Below are positions 61,168 through 64,000 of a DNA stretch of 64,000 nt, piece by piece (within the stretch, counting starts at the first letter, position 1; each line of letters opens with the position of its first letter). Location: contig CAXXUA010000004.1 of the NCBI GenBank assembly GCA_963663765.2, forward strand, positions 800,001-864,000. The letters run 5' to 3'. The translations under genes were made by a program, and so were the position numbers. Below the pieces are notes generated by a model. It was not told the DNA's origin, searched no databases, and saw only the letters and a list, made by a program, of their open reading frames with translations. Source of the stretch: Candidatus Poribacteria bacterium (lineage in GTDB: Bacteria > Poribacteria > WGA-4E > WGA-3G).

Positions 61168-62610
61168 TCAATAGACATACATATCGTAAGTTAACTTGTA
61201 ATCAGTACCATCTTCTCTGAATATATGTGCTGTTATCCTACGAAAACCCGGTGCACCACGCGTAAGCGTATGTTCCAACTCCGCGACAGTTGTTGTGACA
61301 TCAGCTGTGTCAGTTTCAATAACGGGTCCCTCAGTACTCGTATCACCTGCAGGACTAATTGACCATTGCACTGAAGTATACGGAGCATCGGTTACGACAC
61401 CCATATAAATCTTATTCCCACTATTTGCATAATAACTTGTACCATTAATGGGTCTTAATCCTTCAGGGGGTGTCACCACAAGGTCATAAGAGAGTTGCCT
61501 TGCTGACAAATCTGGATACCATACATAAGCCATAATCTTGTATATACCGGTCGTAGCATTAGCGGGGATAGTATAACGCAATGTTGCCTCAGTCAAGGTG
61601 CCAGTTCCAGGATCCCTTTGTACAAACGGGATTAGATGACCCGTATGATCAGGGTCCTTAACTTGCCAATGAATTGATTCGTAGGGAACACTACATGTAA
61701 CCTTTGACTCGTGTATAGTATCTACCGTAGTATAGTATTTCCCGTTCGTAGAGACGAATGTCCTTGTAGATGTATCTGCCATGTAGGTTGGGGTAGTGCT
61801 GCCATCAAGACTTCCAGATTCTTCTCCCCCATCACCATCAGTGCCACCATCACCATCAGTGCCACCATCACCATCAGTGCCACCATCACCATTGTCACCG
61901 TTGTTACCGCCATTACCGTTGTTAACATCAGTGCCACCACATTTAGAACAAGGTGTGTCAAGTTCGTCATCATCTGTTGTACAGTTGAAACAAGACCAAT
62001 CATCTGCTTCCTCATGTGGAAAATCATCTGCTTCGGCGTATGCCAAGTCTGCTGTATATGGGGGTTCGATGCTGTTTTCATAATAGTACCACAGATCGTC
62101 GCCTCCACTAATGCTTGCGGTAGCAGTACAATTCAATAAGTAGAGTGCTGGTGGTCTTAAGAGTGGTGAAGTTTGCTCATCTCCTCGCCATTCATCATTT
62201 TTTCGAAAATCTTTGTCAACTTTCCTCCGCCACTTTGCGCTACCTCCAGCTTCGGGTTCATACCTTGATTCTGTCCATGGATTTAGATCCACGTACCAAA
62301 AACCGTTATACTGATCGTTAGGAGCGACACCTTTGATGCGGCCATACGTCTTGAATTCAGTTCGGACGGGTTGAAACTCTTCTGCAAGATCCTTTTTGTT
62401 ATCCAGATCAACTTCAATATACGCCTCAGCATAAAGTCCAGGGTTATCTTCATCCAAGTCGTCAGGATTCCGCGTATCACCATCTGTTACTATTTTTCTA
62501 GCGAAATCTTGTTTTAAGTTTGCCTTCTTGTAGTCTGCTTGGAGTGAAGAAATGCCAAGAGTCAACAAGAGCACTGTTACGGAATATAGTCCAAATATAC
62601 GGTAAGTCAT
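61168..62610 (-). CDS. Hypothetical secreted protein, family B (two CxxC, G/D-rich linker, two Ig-like C-terminal repeats)
   Basis: Signal peptide ..SSLQA-D, CFNC/CSKC, (DGGTDG)n, PYESIHWQV and PYTSVQWSI repeats. Confidence 0.75.
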   Translation of the reverse strand: MTYRIFGLYSVTVLLLTLGISSLQADYKKANLKQDFARKIVTDGDTRNPDDLDEDNPGLYAEAYIEVDLDNKKDLAEEFQPVRTEFKTYGRIKGVAPNDQYNGFWYVDLNPWTESRYEPEAGGSAKWRRKVDKDFRKNDEWRGDEQTSPLLRPPALYLLNCTATASISGGDDLWYYYENSIEPPYTADLAYAEADDFPHEEADDWSCFNCTTDDDELDTPCSKCGGTDVNNGNGGNNGDNGDGGTDGDGGTDGDGGTDGDGGEESGSLDGSTTPTYMADTSTRTFVSTNGKYYTTVDTIHESKVTCSVPYESIHWQVKDPDHTGHLIPFVQRDPGTGTLTEATLRYTIPANATTGIYKIMAYVWYPDLSARQLSYDLVVTPPEGLRPINGTSYYANSGNKIYMGVVTDAPYTSVQWSISPAGDTSTEGPVIETDTADVTTTVAELEHTLTRGAPGFRRITAHIFREDGTDYKLTYDMYVY

Positions 62611-62622
62611 GTTATTCCTCCT

Positions 62623-63339
62623 TTATGGGGGTGTGAGCCCCAAGAATGTGTATGGGTCAATCCCACCTTTTTCGTAATCTACCAGTTTAATATCAGAGGG
62701 AATATCTGACTCAAGCAAATCATCATCTTCACCCCTGTTAAATTTTGCTTCACGAATAGCAGCTAGTCGATCACCATCGTCTGGATGTCCAAGACTACCA
62801 GCTAAATATCGCCTGCTATAATCTGTTTCCCATTGAACATAGCGTATACCTTTGATAATTGGATATACCTTGCCGTTTTCCATAGAACCCCCTTCAACAT
62901 TTATACCTTGTGAGATGAGTTTTATCTCGACTCGTGCTATCAGTTCATGGTCAGGGTCTACGCAGTTTTTCCATATTCCCTCAGGAGTGCCTCGCCACCC
63001 TGGCGGTAAAGGTGGATAGGGGCCAAATCCGTGAGGTGAAACAGGTACTTCCTCATCCTTATTATTCAGCATATCTGCTGTTTGAGACCTGTTCTCTTCT
63101 ATATTCTCTGCAATATTATTGTTATGTACAGCTTCATCATTGACAGATTCAACCATTTTGGGTGTATCTGCTTCTTTCTGAGCTGCTTCCCATTGACGAC
63201 GCTTTTCAGCAGATTCATCTGCACTCTTTCTATAAGGCGCAAGTTCATGCTGAGACCAGAAAATGCCCCCAAATACAAAAACAATCAACACAACGCATGC
63301 AACAATAAACCACTTGTCAGTCAAAATTGAGCGTAGCAT
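62623..63339 (-). CDS. Hypothetical membrane-anchored protein, family A copy 2
   Basis: Same N-terminus MLRSILTDKWF and C-terminus DPY.FLGLTPP as copy 1. Confidence 0.8.
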   Translation of the reverse strand: MLRSILTDKWFIVACVVLIVFVFGGIFWSQHELAPYRKSADESAEKRRQWEAAQKEADTPKMVESVNDEAVHNNNIAENIEENRSQTADMLNNKDEEVPVSPHGFGPYPPLPPGWRGTPEGIWKNCVDPDHELIARVEIKLISQGINVEGGSMENGKVYPIIKGIRYVQWETDYSRRYLAGSLGHPDDGDRLAAIREAKFNRGEDDDLLESDIPSDIKLVDYEKGGIDPYTFLGLTPP

Positions 63340-63463
63340 AATATTTAGGTAACCTCCAATTCAAGTTTTTTAATGATATAGGACATACATTGTTTGAAAC
63401 AGAAAAAACTAAAATAATAAGGGTCTCCATACTATTTTTAAGAATATACAATATCCAAAATAA

Positions 63464-63706
63464 ATTAAGTTAAAATTTCATTTTTTGATTAAATTCACAA
63501 AATTTATCCATTGTCCTTATAATTCGTGCAAAAGCATACAATTTTGTATTACCTTCTATCGGTTATTTACCATCTTCTTCAATTTCACTGTCTACTACTC
63601 TTTTACCCGCGAATTTTTCTCCGATAGTTGTTTTCTTCCAATCCGCTTGAAGTGGCGTAACCATCAGTATTGTAAAAATAGATGCCCAAAGTATTCGTAA
63701 AGACAT
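63464..63706 (-). pseudogene. Truncated family B paralog (not in the ORF track)
   Basis: AGGAGG RBS, MSLRILWASIFTILMVTPLQADWKK...GK* (stop 63563-63565), then in-frame LYAFARI matching LYAEAYI of family B. Confidence 0.6.
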
Positions 63707-63718
63707 TTGTTTCCTCCT

Positions 63719-64000
63719 TTATGGGGGTGTGAGCCCTAAAAACTTGTATGGATCAACGCCCCCATCTTCGTAAGTTATGAGTTTGATGTCTGGTGGGATG
63801 TCTGCCTCGGTTAGAGAGTCATCTTCACCTCTGTTAAACTTCGCTTCTCTGATTGCGTTCAGGCGAGTACCATCATCTGGATGACCTGTCTTTCCTGCAA
63901 TATATCTATATTCGCCCATCGGTGTATTTTCTGTTTCCCATCGAACATAGCAAATACCTTTAATAATTGGATATACCTTGCCATATTTCATACCAGCACC
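63719..64000 (-). CDS. Family A copy 3 (partial; 5' end outside the window)
   Basis: Near-identical to the 3' part of copy 1. Confidence 0.8.
   Translation of the reverse strand, partial: GAGMKYGKVYPIIKGICYVRWETENTPMGEYRYIAGKTGHPDDGTRLNAIREAKFNRGEDDSLTEADIPPDIKLITYEDGGVDPYKFLGLTPP

Noticed and set aside
60375-64000. DGR template/variable repeat pair
   Set aside because: Differences between copies 1 and 3 are not confined to adenines on one strand, both copies are coding, and no reverse transcriptase is in the window.

Overview
AT-rich bacterial chromosomal window, most likely from Candidatus Poribacteria. This is an inference from the LpxC-FabZ fusion, LamG proteins ending in V-D-x-Q-x-K-L-A-T-x-W-x-x-I-K, a Uma2 protein, PhyH, DUF1549/1553 and an AAA+PD-(D/E)XK protein. 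Housekeeping genes: ruvX-mltG, lpxC/fabZ-lpxA, trpF, lon, folK, the rpmF-fabH-fabD-fabG...acpP-fabF cluster (no plsX; a BMP lipoprotein gene is inserted), hom, tRNA-Pro(GGG), recG and an OmpR-type regulator. There is also a split corrinoid/homocysteine-methyltransferase module with an ASKHA activator, and an envelope gene run (TolB-like, transglutaminase-like, BatA/vWA, Omp85-like). The most unusual content is non-coding. Several different miniature inverted-repeat elements (some with clear target-site duplications) carry GTAG-type REP hairpins in their interior, one of them splits an ISKra4 transposase, and two REP families are amplified into CRISPR-mimicking arrays with the same architecture (one inverted copy followed by 17-20 tandem copies next to an ISKra4-type end). 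At the right end, an alternating A-B-A-B-A array of unknown exported proteins runs off the window. No cas, RAYT or reverse-transcriptase gene is visible.
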